Assembly (NCBI GenBank): GCA_023920165.1
Contig: CP089280.1
Coordinates: forward strand, 2,294,001 to 2,358,000
Length of the DNA: 64,000 nucleotides
Source: Curvularia clavata
Lineage: Eukaryota
Direction of reading: 5' to 3'
Shown: positions 61,747 to 64,000 of the stretch, piece by piece
Position numbering within the stretch: the first letter of the stretch is position 1
Layout of the letters: every line of letters begins with the position of its first letter
Position numbers and translations under genes: made by a program
The notes under the pieces: model-generated
What the model was told of the DNA's origin: nothing
Database searches by the model: none
The model's input: the letters and a program-made list of their open reading frames with translations, nothing else

Positions 61747-62504
61747 CTATCTTTCTTTTACTTCTTCCGCCTCTCCTTTGAGGTACCAACTGACATGTTG
61801 CCTGACATGCTGCCCAACGTTCCGAGAATGCGGAAGACGCGTCCTCACCGTGGCCTTGATTGCATCTACCAATGCTTCTCTTGGATATCCATCGAAAAAT
61901 CGCATCCAACCGGCTCCTTTCTCCGAGTCGTCATGCGCGAAATAAGCGACCTGATCAGCAACTAAGCACCTGAGAGGCGATCCGGGGGGAGTGCCCTTAT
62001 AAATGATGTTAACGCTGTCAGGTCCTAGATTCCACTCGGACTTCTTCACTGCTGCTATCACGCCCTTCATCACCTCATTTTTGTACTTGGTGTCGAGTAT
62101 CTTCTCTCCAAAATATATGCTTCTGCAAGCAGAACGGAGACTTTCTCTGCTTCTTCAGCTGTTCTTTCCCGTGTGTCATGGCCCTTGTTGTATTGCTTGA
62201 CTGACAGGCTACCAGAGTAAAGCCATCTAATGTAGTCGACCACCACTTGCGCAGAATCATCTGGAAGATCCATGACGTCTGGTTGTTCTCTCGAAATAGT
62301 CCACTCTGGCTTGATAGCGTTTTGGAAAAAGCTCGAACTCTTACCAAGGACACCTCGATGGACGTTGAGGATTTCCTCTTGAGCGCCTGGTTTTGTAACC
62401 CTTAACTTGATAATCACATCGCTCGGCCTAGTCTTGTTAGTCATGCAGGACATAAATTCTAGTCGTCTGGTGTCTTACTCCATATCGCTTCCGTTGTGCA
62501 TCAT
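61747..62504 (-). pseudogene. BTB/POZ-domain gene interrupted by a -1 frameshift
   Basis: VHRGVLGKSSSFFQNA..W..DLPDD..YIRWLYSG continues as FGEKILDTKYKNEVM..IIYKGTPPGSPLR only if one T is added in the T4 run (+ strand aaaa, about 62110-62113). Putative first intron 62428-62478; start uncertain. Confidence 0.65.
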
Positions 62505-63459
62505 AAATTTTGACTTTCGGATGTTGGGAATATGCCCAATAGATTGATTGGCTGGGTAACTGGAGTATAAGAAGTGAGCAATGACGGACAAAGATTTCCG
62601 TTCAAATAGTCAAATGTAAAGAGACCAATATTTCTTTCTAGCATATGCTAAGTACTATCAAAATCATGCGCAAGGTTCTGAACCAGGGGATTACCAGCAG
62701 GGTAGCGAACCACTGGCGAATCTCTGTCATGGTAAGTTTTCTCCCCCATGGTTCTTTTTTCGCTACCAAATCACCAACTAGGCACCCAGATATTCGTTTG
62801 GCAGGGAACTACGAAGGTTGATGACATTATATGGGATATGGTCATTATCCTATTCTTTATCTTAGCCATGACTAGACACTCTGCTGACCGAAGATTTCCC
62901 AGAACAAGCCGCCCTTCAATCATTTACATTCAATATACAACTGAAACACGGCTCATACCATTTTACTCACAGGCTTCAAGATTGACGTAGGTGCTATCAA
63001 AATCTTTGTCACCTATAAGATCGCAATCGTGATACGCAATTATGTTTGAAGGATAAGTGCCAGGACCATGAATCCATGCCACTTCCTAAATGCTGCAGGA
63101 TTATACACGCTTTTGCCTCAGTAAGCATTTGAGGAAGCTGTGAGATCTTGAACAAATAAGATTGTATTGAGGAACTGATCCAAAGTTCGCTTAGGCTTCA
63201 GATGGGTCATGTGGTGAGAATATATACACATGCACTATCAGACTAGTCCTAATCAAGACTACTTCTCGAGTCCGATTATGTGATCTTAGCCTTGATCAGA
63301 TCAAACCTTATCAGATGAGATCAAGTCAGTCTCCATCAGATGAGATTAGTCTCCACTAGTGGATTCCATCAGTGATCAAAACTCATACGTTGCGACAGCA
63401 TTACATTATTAGTGATGGGTATCTCAGACAAATACATAACACTATCCTAAAAACGATTC

Positions 63460-64000
63460 TCACTTAGCCGCCTCCGCAGCCGCCTTTTCGGCAGCCTCTT
63501 CGGCAGCCTCTTGCTGGCGAATTTCTTCCTCCAGCCTCTTCCTTTGACTTTCTCTTGACTCTTTCTTACTTGCTTTTGGACTGAATGAAGAGAACTTTGG
63601 GGTGACAAGCGGTGTGCCATCTACGCTCCTGAATGGTCTGAGCGGTGTTTGGACTGACGCTTCAGGAGGTTTCGCTGCCTCAGCCTCCTGCTTGCGAAGC
63701 TGTTCTTCCAACTTCTTCTTTTCCGCTTGCATTCTCGCCGCCTCTTTCAGCTTCATCATAGCTTCTTCTTCCAAGCTAAACCAAGGCTTTTGACTAGATT
63801 TGTCTTCAGAAGTCGATGTAGATTTTGAAGGTCCAGTTGGGGTGTCCGAAGGCTTGAGGTTGGGTTCGCGACCGGCCCACCGTACAGACTCGAGGGCAGG
63901 AAAGTCCGACTTGGCGTCCATGACAGCGGCGTGCGCATGGTCAATACGGGTGTAGACGATCGAGGCGACAGCCAAAACCTTGCGATGCTTTTCTCCAGAA
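63460..64000 (-). CDS. 3' part of a gene running off the window; resembles C-terminus of Cwc23/DNAJC17 (J-domain + RRM-like) splicing co-chaperone
   Basis: Open frame from the window edge. VASIVYTRIDHAHAAV (RRM-like), ESVRWAG.EP and SLEEEAMMKLK..EKKKLEEQLR recalled from fungal cwf23-like proteins. Confidence 0.5.
   Translation of the reverse strand, partial: SGEKHRKVLAVASIVYTRIDHAHAAVMDAKSDFPALESVRWAGREPNLKPSDTPTGPSKSTSTSEDKSSQKPWFSLEEEAMMKLKEAARMQAEKKKLEEQLRKQEAEAAKPPEASVQTPLRPFRSVDGTPLVTPKFSSFSPKASKKESRESQRKRLEEEIRQQEAAEEAAEKAAAEAAK

Overview
Gene-dense genomic DNA from a filamentous ascomycete. Introns are short GT-AG with CTRAC/CTAAC branch points, and the protein families suggest a Dothideomycete/Pleosporales-type fungus (inference, no search run). 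About 31 protein-coding genes can be reconstructed by hand-splicing, including a 124-aa gene (3409-3863) that the ORF track misses entirely. No rRNA, tRNA, CRISPR array or recognisable transposon was seen. Most of the window is housekeeping or regulatory: acetoacetyl-CoA synthetase, bZIP, AlcR-like regulator, GEN1/Yen1-like nuclease, Apc13, RluA pseudouridine synthase, bacterial-type PARG, CAND1, prohibitin, eIF4E-like and a C2H2 factor. The most interesting element is a compact 7-gene putative catabolic cluster at 38005-49872. It contains an anion:cation-symporter MFS, an HpcH/HpaI aldolase, a Zn2Cys6 factor, a sugar/quinate-type porter, a D-2-hydroxyacid dehydrogenase, a second Zn2Cys6 factor and an SMP-30 lactonase, but no dehydratase or kinase. 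Its promoter-containing intergenic regions share two distinct CGG-based motifs (TTCGG-N7-CCGA inverted repeat and TCGG-N6-CGGT direct repeat), consistent with a self-regulated two-TF regulon for an unknown sugar-acid or lactone substrate. All family assignments are by recognition of motifs from memory, not database searches.
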